Assembly (NCBI GenBank): GCA_041862375.1
Contig: JBGVTE010000141.1
Coordinates: forward strand, 6,465 to 70,464
Reading direction: 5' to 3'
DNA: 64,000 nt
Source: Candidatus Aminicenantaceae bacterium
GTDB lineage: Bacteria > Acidobacteriota > Aminicenantia > Aminicenantales > Aminicenantaceae
Positions within the stretch are counted from its first letter, which is position 1. The number at the start of each line of letters is the position of its first letter. The notes under the pieces are model-generated. The model searched no databases. It saw only the letters and a program-made list of their open reading frames with translations, and was not told the DNA's origin. Positions 27,933 to 37,544 of the stretch are shown piece after piece. The position numbers and the translations under genes were made by a program.

Positions 27933-28313
27933 TCAAATATACTTCCCGATTTTTTTTGATAGAAAATCCTTTAATCTTTTAAATTCATTTTCCAAAATGT
28001 AGAGTGTTTCTTTTGCCTTTTTGATGTTTGTTTCTCTTCCAGCCATCTCCATGTGCAGTGAAGCTTCCTGAAGAGATAAAAGGCTTAAACTCGCAGACGA
28101 TCCCTTTAGACTATGACCAAGTTCTTGAATCTGGTTAAAGTCTTTTTCCTCTAGTGCTTTATACAGATTTGGTAACTTTTCTTGAAAATCTTCATAGTAA
28201 ATATCAAGGAGTTCTTTGAGAAAAGACTTATCTCCTCCTATTCTTTCAAGGGCAGAGGACAAATCAATTGGAGATTTGTCACTAATATCTGCAAGTTTTG
28301 ATTTTGTGTTCAT
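27933..28313 (-). CDS. Hpt (histidine phosphotransfer) domain protein
   Basis: 'HSLKGSSASLSL' Hpt motif. 126 aa, 16 nt downstream of the hybrid kinase. Confidence 0.8.
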   Translation of the reverse strand: MNTKSKLADISDKSPIDLSSALERIGGDKSFLKELLDIYYEDFQEKLPNLYKALEEKDFNQIQELGHSLKGSSASLSLLSLQEASLHMEMAGRETNIKKAKETLYILENEFKRLKDFLSKKIGKYI

Positions 28314-28329
28314 TTATTTTTTCTTGTTT

Positions 28330-31300
28330 TTAATTTCTTTTACGATTCCTTTGCGAATTTTTGACCACCCGTTTGATGACTTTAAAGAGATATTCCGGCT
28401 TGAGAGGTTTAGCAATATAGTCATCCATACCGGTTTCAAGGCAAAGCTCCTTATCTCCTTTCATGGCGTGAGCTGTCATAGCCACAATCGGGGTGTGCTT
28501 TTTTGTTTTTCTTTCTTTCTTACGAATCACATCTGTTGCCTCAAAGCCATCCATTTCTGGCATTTGAACATCCATTAGTATAAGGTCAAAAGGCTGTTTC
28601 TCTAAAGAATCAAGAACTTCTCTACCGTTGTTGGCTACTACAACCTTGTGTCCCTGTTTCTCTAATATCCGAACCGCTACTTTTTGATTGACGATGTTAT
28701 CCTCTGCTAAGAGAATATGGAGTCCCAGTGAAGATTCCCTCATGGAGTGCTTGGTGATAAGAGGGGAAGTTTTTTTTCTTTTGGCCCCTGGTCCTAATGC
28801 CAGCTTGATAGCATCAAGGAGCTCTGATTGTGTTATTGGCTTTGTTAAATAGGCCGCGATACCTAATTGTCGACACCTAGCAGCATCGCCACGATTCCCT
28901 GCTGAAGTTAGCATCATAATTACAGCTTGTGCATATGTTGAATCCTGGTTGATTTTTTCTACAAGTGTGAATCCATCCATTCCAGGCATATTAGCGTCTG
29001 TAAGAATAAGAGTGAATGGCTTGTCAATCTTCATGGCCTTCTTCATAGTGGTCAATGCTTCAACTCCATTTTTGGCTAATGTTGGCTTCATACGCCAGCT
29101 TGTGAGCATTTCCTTAAGGATTCGACGGTTAGTAGCATTATCATCCACTGCCAGCACAGAAATTTCCTCTAAGTTTTTGAGTTCTGTGGGAATAAGTCTT
29201 TCTCCTGTCCCTTTCTTAATATCAAACCGGGGAGTAAAGTGAAATGTGCTCCCTTTTCCGACTTTACTCTCAACCCAAATTCGTCCACCCATGAGTTCTA
29301 CTAATTGAGATGATATTGAAAGACCAAGCCCTGTTCCACCATATTGTCTGGTCATTGAACCGTCCACTTGAGAAAAAGCATTAAATATCATCTGTTGTTT
29401 TGTTTTTGGAATTCCTATTCCCGTATCAGCAACCTTGAAATGCAAACACACTTCATTTTCTTTCTTTGATTCTTCCTCTACGGAAACGACTACTTCACCT
29501 TTCTCTGTAAACTTGATTGCATTGTTTATCAGGTTTGTTAGTATCTGTCGGAGGCGGCCGGGGTCGCCTTCAACATTATATGACATATTAGGAGGAATAT
29601 AGCAAAGGAGTTCCAATCCTTTTTTATGAGCTTGTAAAGCCATGGAAGAGACCGTGTTACTAATGGCGTCACTCAGATTAAAATTTATTACATCAAGTTC
29701 TATCTTTTTAGCTTCAATTTTGGAAAAATCAAGAATATCGTTAATTATTGTCAACAGAGATTTGGCCGACAATTTTATTGCATCGAGGTATTCCTTTTGC
29801 TCCGGGAAAGGTTCGCTCTCGAGAGCTAGGTCAGTCATCCCGATAATTCCGTTCATTGGAGTACGGATTTCATGGCTCATCTTTGCTAAAAATTCACTTT
29901 TTGCCTGGTTTGCCTCTTCCGCTTCTTTTTTAGCCTCTGCTATTTCTCTTTCCACTTTTTTTCGCTCGGTAATATCGCGGTAAATTGCATAGTAAGCGAT
30001 ATGCTCATTGCTTACTTTAATTGGTGATCCAATAACTGATACGTCAATTAGTGATCCATCTTTACGACGTCGTACATCTTCGAATTTTATGCTTTTACCT
30101 TCGCTCAAGTTTTTTGTGTAGGATTGAGCTTGTTCTACAAGATCCTTGGGTGCAATCAGGTCATCTATGCACTCGCCGATTGCTTCATCAGGAGTATATC
30201 CAAATAATTTCGTGAATTCAGGATTTATGCGGATTACTCCGTGATTAATATCCGCCATTGCAATCGCTTCTTGAGCACTATTGAATAACTGATCAAGATA
30301 GGCTTTCTCAATTCTTAATTCCTCTTCGGCCTTTTTTCGTTCAGTAATGTTCCGGTAAATTCCATACACAGCTACAAGTTCACCGTTGACTATAATTGGC
30401 GATGCAAGAAGAGAGACATTTATTGGTGTTCCATCCTTTTTGCGGCGTAAGGTCTCAAAAGATACTTTCCTGCCCTTTCTTACCTTCTTAGTAATTGAGT
30501 AAGCATCGGCGTAGATGTTTTCAGAGGCAACTAACTTGTCTACTGGCTTTCCGATCACTTCATTCATCTTGTACCCAAATAATCTGAGGAATTCAGAATT
30601 TACACGAATCACATGTCCGTTAGTATCTGCCATTACAATCGCTTCAGGAGCACTCTCGAATAATTGATCAAGATAAGCTCTTTCTTTTTGCATTGTTTCT
30701 TCAGCATGCTTTACTTCGATGATTTCTCCTAATCGTTCAGAAATAGCATTTATCAGATTTCTCTCTTCATTAAGGAAAGGTCCTTCATCGTTTGCTGGTT
30801 TTTTTTCTAGGTAAAAAACTTCTAAAGTACCGATTTTTTTGCTGTCTGCAAGGATGTTACCCGTCTGCTTCCAAAGAGTTTGTTTGAAATTCTTTGTTTT
30901 GAATTCTTGATTTTCTACAGTGATTCTTGCACAGGTAATTTCTGGGTACTGCCAAGAGGGAGGGATGAGATTGACTACTCCTTGAAGAATCCCATTCAAG
31001 GAAATACCTGGCTTAGTGACGACCTTAGAAATACCGTATAAACAATTCAATTCCTTGACTCTTTTATTAAGATCATGCGACTGCTGCTGCAGCATCTCAT
31101 TGGCTGCTTCAAGCTCTTCGTTAGAAGCTCTCAGTTCTTCTGTTGTTGCCTCCAATTCTTCGTTCATTGCTCTCAGCTCTTCTTCTGAAGCTAATAATTT
31201 CTTGTTTAAAGCTTGAGTTTCTCTATGCTTTGTAAGGAGGTCTCTGCGGGCTGCTTCGAGATGCGATGCGAGCTTTCTTAAGGATTGAAGATCTTGGCCT

Positions 31301-31356
31301 AAGTTTTTAAACAATTCCTCAAAGGTTTCTGTTGATTTTGCTTTCTTTTGAACCAT
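28330..31356 (-). CDS. hybrid sensor histidine kinase: coiled coil, sensory module, two PAS domains, HisKA-HATPase, two receiver domains
   Basis: 'SHEIRTPMNGIIGM', 'GGTGLGLSIS', receivers 'LTDANMPGMDG' and 'LMDVQMPEMDG', and N-terminal 'NEELEA'-type repeats. Confidence 0.9.
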   Translation of the reverse strand: MVQKKAKSTETFEELFKNLGQDLQSLRKLASHLEAARRDLLTKHRETQALNKKLLASEEELRAMNEELEATTEELRASNEELEAANEMLQQQSHDLNKRVKELNCLYGISKVVTKPGISLNGILQGVVNLIPPSWQYPEITCARITVENQEFKTKNFKQTLWKQTGNILADSKKIGTLEVFYLEKKPANDEGPFLNEERNLINAISERLGEIIEVKHAEETMQKERAYLDQLFESAPEAIVMADTNGHVIRVNSEFLRLFGYKMNEVIGKPVDKLVASENIYADAYSITKKVRKGRKVSFETLRRKKDGTPINVSLLASPIIVNGELVAVYGIYRNITERKKAEEELRIEKAYLDQLFNSAQEAIAMADINHGVIRINPEFTKLFGYTPDEAIGECIDDLIAPKDLVEQAQSYTKNLSEGKSIKFEDVRRRKDGSLIDVSVIGSPIKVSNEHIAYYAIYRDITERKKVEREIAEAKKEAEEANQAKSEFLAKMSHEIRTPMNGIIGMTDLALESEPFPEQKEYLDAIKLSAKSLLTIINDILDFSKIEAKKIELDVINFNLSDAISNTVSSMALQAHKKGLELLCYIPPNMSYNVEGDPGRLRQILTNLINNAIKFTEKGEVVVSVEEESKKENEVCLHFKVADTGIGIPKTKQQMIFNAFSQVDGSMTRQYGGTGLGLSISSQLVELMGGRIWVESKVGKGSTFHFTPRFDIKKGTGERLIPTELKNLEEISVLAVDDNATNRRILKEMLTSWRMKPTLAKNGVEALTTMKKAMKIDKPFTLILTDANMPGMDGFTLVEKINQDSTYAQAVIMMLTSAGNRGDAARCRQLGIAAYLTKPITQSELLDAIKLALGPGAKRKKTSPLITKHSMRESSLGLHILLAEDNIVNQKVAVRILEKQGHKVVVANNGREVLDSLEKQPFDLILMDVQMPEMDGFEATDVIRKKERKTKKHTPIVAMTAHAMKGDKELCLETGMDDYIAKPLKPEYLFKVIKRVVKNSQRNRKRN

Positions 31357-31388
31357 TTTTACCTCTTATAATTGTATTTAGACTGAAA

Positions 31389-32207
31389 TTATATTATTTT
31401 CTGGTATATATGGTTTTTCGGGGAAATATAACTGAAAAAATTTTCAATTTTTGGGGCTTCTGCTGTTCCCAAGACTAAAATACCTTCATTTTTTAGAGAA
31501 GAGTAGATTTTCTTGAACATTTTTTCTTGAAACTGGGGCTCAAGGAAAATAAATAAATTTCGACATAGAATCAAATCAAATTTACCCAGAGATTTTCCTT
31601 TAATAAAGTCATGATGTTTGAACCTAACCAATTTCCTAATGTTATCGTTGATTCTGAATTCATCAGTCTTCATTTTTTTGAAATATTTATTCAGGTATTT
31701 GCGCGGAATATTTTTTACCTCTGATTTCTTATATTGAGCCCTTATGGCTTGATTAAGAACTTCCCTGTTAATGTCAGTTGCGTGGATCATAATCTTTACA
31801 TCTCTGTATTTATTTTTTATTATTTCTTTCAGAATAATAGCAATTGAGTAGGATTCCTGACCTTTGGAACAGCCAATCGACCAAATCCTCATTCTCTTTC
31901 TTTTTTGTTTTTTGATTTTTTTTAATATTCCTGGTAAGACGTTCTCTTTGAGTGATAAAAAAATTCTTTTGTCGCGGAAAAAATCACTTACATTGACAGT
32001 AAAAACTTTTAAAAATCTATGACTTTCTGATGAGTCTTGTTTTAATAATGACAGATATTCTCTATAGCTTTTTGTGTTTGTGGCATGAAGTCTGAGTTGA
32101 AGGCGTCTTTTTAAAGTTGATAATCGGTAGTGTTTAGCACTGAAACCTGTCACGTCATATATTTTTTGCACTATATTGTTTAAATCATTTGCATTTTCCA
32201 GATACAA
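31389..32207 (-). CDS. cheR: CheR-type protein-glutamate O-methyltransferase
   Basis: 'VNVSDFFRD', 'IWSIGCSKGQESYSIAI' and 'DLILCRNLFIFL'. Confidence 0.85.
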   Translation of the reverse strand: MYLENANDLNNIVQKIYDVTGFSAKHYRLSTLKRRLQLRLHATNTKSYREYLSLLKQDSSESHRFLKVFTVNVSDFFRDKRIFLSLKENVLPGILKKIKKQKRKRMRIWSIGCSKGQESYSIAIILKEIIKNKYRDVKIMIHATDINREVLNQAIRAQYKKSEVKNIPRKYLNKYFKKMKTDEFRINDNIRKLVRFKHHDFIKGKSLGKFDLILCRNLFIFLEPQFQEKMFKKIYSSLKNEGILVLGTAEAPKIENFFSYISPKNHIYQKII

Positions 32208-32218
32208 TTGTAATTCCT

Positions 32219-33184
32219 TTATTTATTTTTGGTTGGCTTCTTATTGAGAGACTCGAGAATATATGCACAATTGCGGCCCTGCTTTTTAGCTAAGTAAAGA
32301 GCTCTGTCACTGTTTTGAATGAGGTTATTCCAGGATGATTTGGGTAAGCTTCCTGATGATGCACCACCAATGCTTATTGTTACTTTAAGAGGTCCAGATT
32401 GAGTATTTATTTTTTCTTTACAGATGGACAGGCGAAGGCGCTCTGCGATGTTTACCACATTTTCAAAACTGCAGTCAGGGAGTATCACGAGCATTTCATC
32501 CCCACCATAGCGTCCAACTTTATCATAACGGCGAATTGACTTTTTTATACAAGAAGCAACTTCACAGAGCACTGTATCTCCGGTAAAATGACCATACGAA
32601 TCGTTGATGTTTTTAAAATTATCAACATCAACCATTATTGCGCCAACGGGAGTCTTTTCTCTTGAACTTCGTTCTAACTCTTCTTCGAAAAACTCGAATA
32701 TCTTGCTTCGATTCCACAGATTTGTAAGACTGTCATAGAGCGATAGCTGGAGCCGGCTTTCCTCTAGTTCAATAATTCGTCTTCCATTCTGAAGTCGAAT
32801 TTTAAGTTCAACATAATTAGGGGGCTTGATCAAATAGTCATCAGCTCCTGCTGTAAGTCCTTCAATGATGTCCTCTTGCTGATCTTTTCCTGTCAGTAAA
32901 ATAATATAAGTATATTTTGAATATTTTTCCCTGCTCTTTTGACGAATTCGTCGGCAAAGTTCGAGCCCGTCAATTCCTGGCATTATCCAGTCCAATATAG
33001 CAAGGCGAATGTCATCTTTTTTTATGGCATCCCACGCTTCCTCTCCATTTTTGGTAGGAATAACTCTGTACCCCCATTCTTTGATGGTCTTCTCGAGCAT
33101 TCTACGAGATACATGATCATCTTCGGCAATGAGAACATTTATAGACATTGTACTCTTTAAGGTGTTACCTTTCTTGATATTCAT
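32219..33184 (-). CDS. response regulator-diguanylate cyclase (REC-GGDEF)
   Basis: Receiver motifs 'LIAEDDH' and 'ILDWIMPGIDG'. GGDEF-type motif 'RYGGDEMLV' with an upstream 'RRYD' I-site-like RxxD. Confidence 0.88.
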   Translation of the reverse strand: MNIKKGNTLKSTMSINVLIAEDDHVSRRMLEKTIKEWGYRVIPTKNGEEAWDAIKKDDIRLAILDWIMPGIDGLELCRRIRQKSREKYSKYTYIILLTGKDQQEDIIEGLTAGADDYLIKPPNYVELKIRLQNGRRIIELEESRLQLSLYDSLTNLWNRSKIFEFFEEELERSSREKTPVGAIMVDVDNFKNINDSYGHFTGDTVLCEVASCIKKSIRRYDKVGRYGGDEMLVILPDCSFENVVNIAERLRLSICKEKINTQSGPLKVTISIGGASSGSLPKSSWNNLIQNSDRALYLAKKQGRNCAYILESLNKKPTKNK

Positions 33185-33431
33185 ATAAGAGAGCCATAGA
33201 GCACTTAATTATTTTAAATCTCACGTCTTACTCCTAGGTTTATACAGTAATATTATACAGGCAAAGTGGTAGGTCAATAATCTAGCAAGATGAAAAAGGG
33301 GGTGATATTTACTCCATTTTTATCCCCTCTAAAGAGGGTAGGCTGGAATAAAGTGGTTAACCACACTTGTAAGAGATATTTGTGAATAGCTTTATTTCAT
33401 CACGGTTTTATCAATGCTTTCCATTTAAATT

Positions 33432-33459
33432 TTGATTTAGCTTTCAAATAGACTATAAT
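33432..33459 (+). promoter_or_regulatory. near-consensus promoter TTGATT-16-TATAAT overlapping the first ATG of the transporter ORF
   Basis: Hexamers read directly from the sequence. The -10 box covers ATG 33458. Confidence 0.4.
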
Positions 33460-34501
33460 GAAGATGCCACGATATATGATGGAAGGAAGCAAGGTAACAA
33501 CAGCCTCTCTTGTAATTATTGTAGTTTTCATTGGAGGGTTAGTTGTAAAACTTGCAAAACCTGTGCTTTTTCCATTCTTTCTAGCCATATTTCTCTCATT
33601 TATCCTGTATCCCATCTTAGATTTTCTAACTCGTTTGAGGATTCCTAAAGTAATTTCTATTATTTTTGTTCTCTTAATTACCTTTTTTGTCATTTATCTT
33701 TTAGGAGTTTTATTCTATTCCAGCGGCAAGACTTTTGCCTCTGAGTTTCCAAAATATGGCCAAAAGATTAGTTCAATATTAGAGTCGTTCCAGGCAAAAT
33801 TTAAGCTTGCTCCATCCAAATGGGATCCCCTTGAATGGGTGGGACAACTAAATATAAATAAAATAGGTTCCATTCTTTTAGCTTCTATTGGGCCCTTTTT
33901 CTCTTTTATTTCTAATCTTTTTTTGATACTTGTATTTCTCGTCTTTATTCTGGCCGGAAGAGGAAAAACCAAGACAAAAATTCAAAAATCTTTTAGTGGA
34001 CGAAGAGCTTTGAAGATAAATGAAGTAATTAAGAAAATAGATGCTCAAATCCAGAGATACTTGGCCATAAAAACAGTAGTCAGTCTTATCACTGGAATGT
34101 TGGCAACTCTTGTACTGGTAATATTTGGAGTGGATTTTGCAATAGTCTTCGGTTTTTTTACATTTCTTTTGAATTATATTCCCACTATCGGGTCTATTAT
34201 TGCTACAGCTTTGCCTGTGATTATTGCAGTTTTTCAGTTTGAAACCATATGGCCAGCATTTTGGATTCTTATTATTCTGGGGACAATTCAGATGACTATA
34301 GGGAATTTTATAGAACCAAGGTTGATGGGTCACGGTTTAGGACTGAGCCCCCTGGTAGTTCTTTTCTCACTCTTTTTTTGGGGATGGCTATGGGGGATAC
34401 CAGGTATGATCTTGGCTGTCCCGATTGCAGCAATAATTAAAATTGTCTGCAGTAACATTCCTTCTCTTGAGTTTGTAGGCGAGCTTATGAGTAAAGGATG
34501 A
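33458..34501 (+). CDS. AI-2E family transporter (PerM/UPF0118)
   Basis: Polytopic. C-terminal signature 'LGLSPLVVLFSLFFWGWLWGIPGMILAVPI'. The true start may be ATG 33464, 33476 or 33479. Confidence 0.8.
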   Translation: MKMPRYMMEGSKVTTASLVIIVVFIGGLVVKLAKPVLFPFFLAIFLSFILYPILDFLTRLRIPKVISIIFVLLITFFVIYLLGVLFYSSGKTFASEFPKYGQKISSILESFQAKFKLAPSKWDPLEWVGQLNINKIGSILLASIGPFFSFISNLFLILVFLVFILAGRGKTKTKIQKSFSGRRALKINEVIKKIDAQIQRYLAIKTVVSLITGMLATLVLVIFGVDFAIVFGFFTFLLNYIPTIGSIIATALPVIIAVFQFETIWPAFWILIILGTIQMTIGNFIEPRLMGHGLGLSPLVVLFSLFFWGWLWGIPGMILAVPIAAIIKIVCSNIPSLEFVGELMSKG

Positions 34502-34517
34502 TGGAGAGGACATAAAC

Positions 34518-35165
34518 TCAAGTTGTAGTGATGAGTTTATTTTGGATGGATAATTCCTTTATTTTTTCGAAGCGACTGATAAGATGCTGGATATAGTTTC
34601 TCGCTCTAAAGTTACCTCGTGCCAAAAATTTCACAGAAAGAATAATTCGTTCTAAGCATTTAATCTTTTCTTCTTTACTGTAAAAATGCTGTTCTCCAGG
34701 GATGATTATCTTTTTTTCATACCGGCATTTTTCTATATTATGGTAAACAGCATCACCTGCCTTATTTTGCGGCGTGTTTTCTTTGCCTGGAATAAAAATG
34801 AGACGCTCTTCTCTGTTAATTTTTTCTTTAGCATATTCTAAGGCCAAGATGGCATCTCCATCGGTGAAAGATTCTTTTATTTCACTGTATTCCTTCAAGG
34901 GTGCTTCTATGTGAAGGGCGAGCCAGGCCAATCTTTCGTCTTGGAATATGTCCTTTTCTTCGATGAAATTTCTTGGTGATTTTACTTTTTTCTCCAGGAT
35001 TTTCTTTTCTTGGTAAGGCATGTGTTTCGCCAGGTATGAGCAGTTTGCAGGGCAGTGAATCTCTTTTTGCCTGAGCGTTCCACAGCAGAGACTACATAAA
35101 TAGCTTCCAAGGGCAGGGCAATAGCGCTTGGCTTTTCTTTTATTACATTTTGAGCACTTTGCCAT
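34518..35165 (-). CDS. hypothetical protein with a Cys-rich N-terminal zinc-ribbon-like region
   Basis: 'CSKCNKRKAKRYCPALGSYLCSLCCGTLRQKEIHCPANCSY'. No family recognised. Confidence 0.5.
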   Translation of the reverse strand: MAKCSKCNKRKAKRYCPALGSYLCSLCCGTLRQKEIHCPANCSYLAKHMPYQEKKILEKKVKSPRNFIEEKDIFQDERLAWLALHIEAPLKEYSEIKESFTDGDAILALEYAKEKINREERLIFIPGKENTPQNKAGDAVYHNIEKCRYEKKIIIPGEQHFYSKEEKIKCLERIILSVKFLARGNFRARNYIQHLISRFEKIKELSIQNKLITTT

Positions 35166-35177
35166 TATTAAATTCTT

Positions 35178-35516
35178 TTAACAGGTTAAGTGGAAAGCTC
35201 CGATTATTTTTTTTGTAGAAGTGAGCTCATTGAATTTTTGAACAGCTGTTTTTGTTTTTTCGATGATGAGGATTATCCCTTTCTCACGAGCGTACTTTTT
35301 TACTTCTTCTTCTACTGTCATCAGGCCTACGGCTCCTGTTCCAATTACGATAATTTCAGGCTCTTCTTTGATCACTTCCTTTAAGTCTTTTAGAGAAAGT
35401 CTGTGACCTGATATTCTCCACCAAGAGCTATGGATTCTGTCGGGGAAAATGATAAGGTCAGAAGTATATTTTTGTCGCCCTATTACCATTTGTCCAAAGC
35501 TGTAAGATTCAATCAT
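35178..35516 (-). CDS. Mth938-like (DUF498) domain protein
   Basis: 'YSFGQMVIGRQKYTSDLIIFPDRI' and 'PEIIVIGTGAVG'. 112 aa. Confidence 0.6.
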   Translation of the reverse strand: MIESYSFGQMVIGRQKYTSDLIIFPDRIHSSWWRISGHRLSLKDLKEVIKEEPEIIVIGTGAVGLMTVEEEVKKYAREKGIILIIEKTKTAVQKFNELTSTKKIIGAFHLTC

Positions 35517-36262
35517 TATCGTTTTTTCTTGAAGAGAAATGTTTCTGAGGATAAGATTTTAATTTTTTTCCCTAGAAGGTTTTTTAGTGCTTTTTGGGCA
35601 GCTATTTGCTCAGCATTTTTCTTTGAACGTCCATTTGCCTTGGCTAGAGGTTTGTTATCAGCCAGCACTTCTACTATGAATCTCTTTTCGTGGTCTGGGC
35701 CTTTCTCAACAATAGTCTTATACACAGGGGCTGGCAGACTTTCTTTCTGAAAATATTCTTGGAGAGCTGACTTGTAGTTATTGACAAGGAACTTATCAAC
35801 CTTGATTCTCTTAAACAGAGACTCTAAAAAGCGCAACAAAAATTTCTTCGCTTCTTCCATGCCACCGTCTAAATAAACAGATGCGACTACAGCTTCGAAA
35901 GCTCCGGCTAAAATAGTTCTTTTTTTCCTTCCACCACTTTTTTCTTCGCCTTTTCCAAGCAGGATATTTTTATCAAGCCTTATTTTTTTTGCAAATTGAG
36001 AAAGGACTGAAGAGCTTGCTGCAGTGGATTTTAGCTTGGAAAGTTCGCCTTCGGAGAGATCAGGATATGTGGAACATAGATAATCAGCAATTACCAAGCC
36101 GAGTACAGAATCTCCCAGAAATTCTAAAACTTCGTTATCGGTTGCATCTTTCTGTTGGCTTTCATGTGCGTATGAGCTGTGAGTAATGGCTTTTAACAAG
36201 AGATCTTTCTTTTTGAAATTATATCCGATTTTTTTTTCAATTTGTGAGATATTTTTCTGCAT
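35516..36262 (-). CDS. rnc: ribonuclease III
   Basis: 'LEFLGDSVLG' catalytic signature and a C-terminal dsRBD ('EKGPDHEKRFIVEV'). Confidence 0.92.
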   Translation of the reverse strand: MQKNISQIEKKIGYNFKKKDLLLKAITHSSYAHESQQKDATDNEVLEFLGDSVLGLVIADYLCSTYPDLSEGELSKLKSTAASSSVLSQFAKKIRLDKNILLGKGEEKSGGRKKRTILAGAFEAVVASVYLDGGMEEAKKFLLRFLESLFKRIKVDKFLVNNYKSALQEYFQKESLPAPVYKTIVEKGPDHEKRFIVEVLADNKPLAKANGRSKKNAEQIAAQKALKNLLGKKIKILSSETFLFKKKR

Positions 36263-36266
36263 TAAG

Positions 36267-37544
36267 CTAGAAAGGATAGACGATTTTGCCTCCTACTATG
36301 GTCATTGCAGGGGCTCCCTTTAACTTCCACTTGTGAAAGGGATTATTCCTGCTTTTGGATTTAAATCTGGAAACATCTGCTGTGATCTCTTGGTAAAGAT
36401 TCAATATTGTTAAATCAGCATCAGCACCAACACTTATTTTTCCTTTATTTTCAAGTCCGAGAATTCGAGCAGGGTTAGTGGATATCATCTCGATGAATTT
36501 ATTAAGGGAGATTATGTTTTTATTTACTAATTTATCCAGAATAAGAGAAACTGCTGTTTCCAGTCCATTGATTCCGAAAGGTGCCTGATCAAATTCAACA
36601 TCTTTATCGTCTTGAGTATGCGGAGCATGATCAGTGGCAAAAACGTCTATGATTCCTTCTTTAACAGCTTGTATGAGAGCTTGAGTGTCTTGCTTGCTCC
36701 TTATAGGTGGATTCACTTTCAGGTTTGTATCGTAGGTTTCGAGGTATGAATCATTCAGTAAGAGATGGTGGGGAGTAACTTCTGCTGTGACATTAACCTT
36801 TTTTTTCTTGGCTTCTTTAACGAGATTAACTGCTCCTCTCACACTTAAGTGAGCAATGTGGAGGCGGGCATTATTTTTTTCAGCTAGAATGAGGTCACGA
36901 GCCACAATAATCTCTTCAGACGAAGAAGGGATGCCCTTGAGACCTAGAAGATAAGAGTAGTGTCCTTCGTGCATTATTCCTCCATCGCTCAGATTCTTAT
37001 CTTCACAGTGGTCGATGATGAGAGTGTTTACAAGCCTTGAGTACTCGAGAGCTCTCCGCATAAGTTGGCTATTCTGGACAGGTTGACCATCATCAGAGAA
37101 AGCAACCGCTCCCGCATCAACGAGATCAGCTATGTCGGTTAATTCTTCTCCTTTTTGTCCTTTAGTTATAGCAGCTACCGGGAAAACATTAACTGCAGCT
37201 CCTCTTTTTGCCTCTGAAATAATGTATTCTGTAACTCCTCGATTGTCATTTACAGGTTCAGTATTAGGCATACAGAGTATTGAGGTAAATCCTCCTTTGG
37301 CTGCAGCTAAAGATCCTGTTTTTATTGTCTCTTTTTCTTCTTGGCCAGGCTCCCTCAGGTGAGTATGCATATCAATAAATCCAGGTGCAACTACAAGTCT
37401 TGATGCATCTATGGTTTTTACTTTATCTAGACTAATTTTTGCTTTTATATCTATGAGTTTCCCTTTTTCAATGAGGATATCGAGAGTATCGTCTTTCTTT
37501 GAGGCAGGGTCGATTACTCTTCCATTCTTAATCAGTAGCCTCAC
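36267..37544 (-). CDS. pyrC: dihydroorotase
   Basis: '[10 protein letters not shown]' and 'ATDHAPH'. 425 aa, downstream of pyrB. Confidence 0.92.
   Translation of the reverse strand: MRLLIKNGRVIDPASKKDDTLDILIEKGKLIDIKAKISLDKVKTIDASRLVVAPGFIDMHTHLREPGQEEKETIKTGSLAAAKGGFTSILCMPNTEPVNDNRGVTEYIISEAKRGAAVNVFPVAAITKGQKGEELTDIADLVDAGAVAFSDDGQPVQNSQLMRRALEYSRLVNTLIIDHCEDKNLSDGGIMHEGHYSYLLGLKGIPSSSEEIIVARDLILAEKNNARLHIAHLSVRGAVNLVKEAKKKKVNVTAEVTPHHLLLNDSYLETYDTNLKVNPPIRSKQDTQALIQAVKEGIIDVFATDHAPHTQDDKDVEFDQAPFGINGLETAVSLILDKLVNKNIISLNKFIEMISTNPARILGLENKGKISVGADADLTILNLYQEITADVSRFKSKSRNNPFHKWKLKGAPAMTIVGGKIVYPF

Noticed and set aside
33383-33436. Small conserved peptide (V/M)NSFISSR... encoded by the shared 50-nt element
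   Set aside because: The two copies can be read as 17- and 26-codon ORFs with a synonymous CGG/AGG change. However, the best nucleotide alignment needs a 1-nt indel that breaks the frame, and neither ORF has an SD. It is more likely non-coding.
33400-34521. Minus-strand ORFs (97, 85, 151 and 63 aa) overlapping the AI-2E transporter gene
   Set aside because: They are antisense shadows of a clearly recognisable polytopic transporter CDS.
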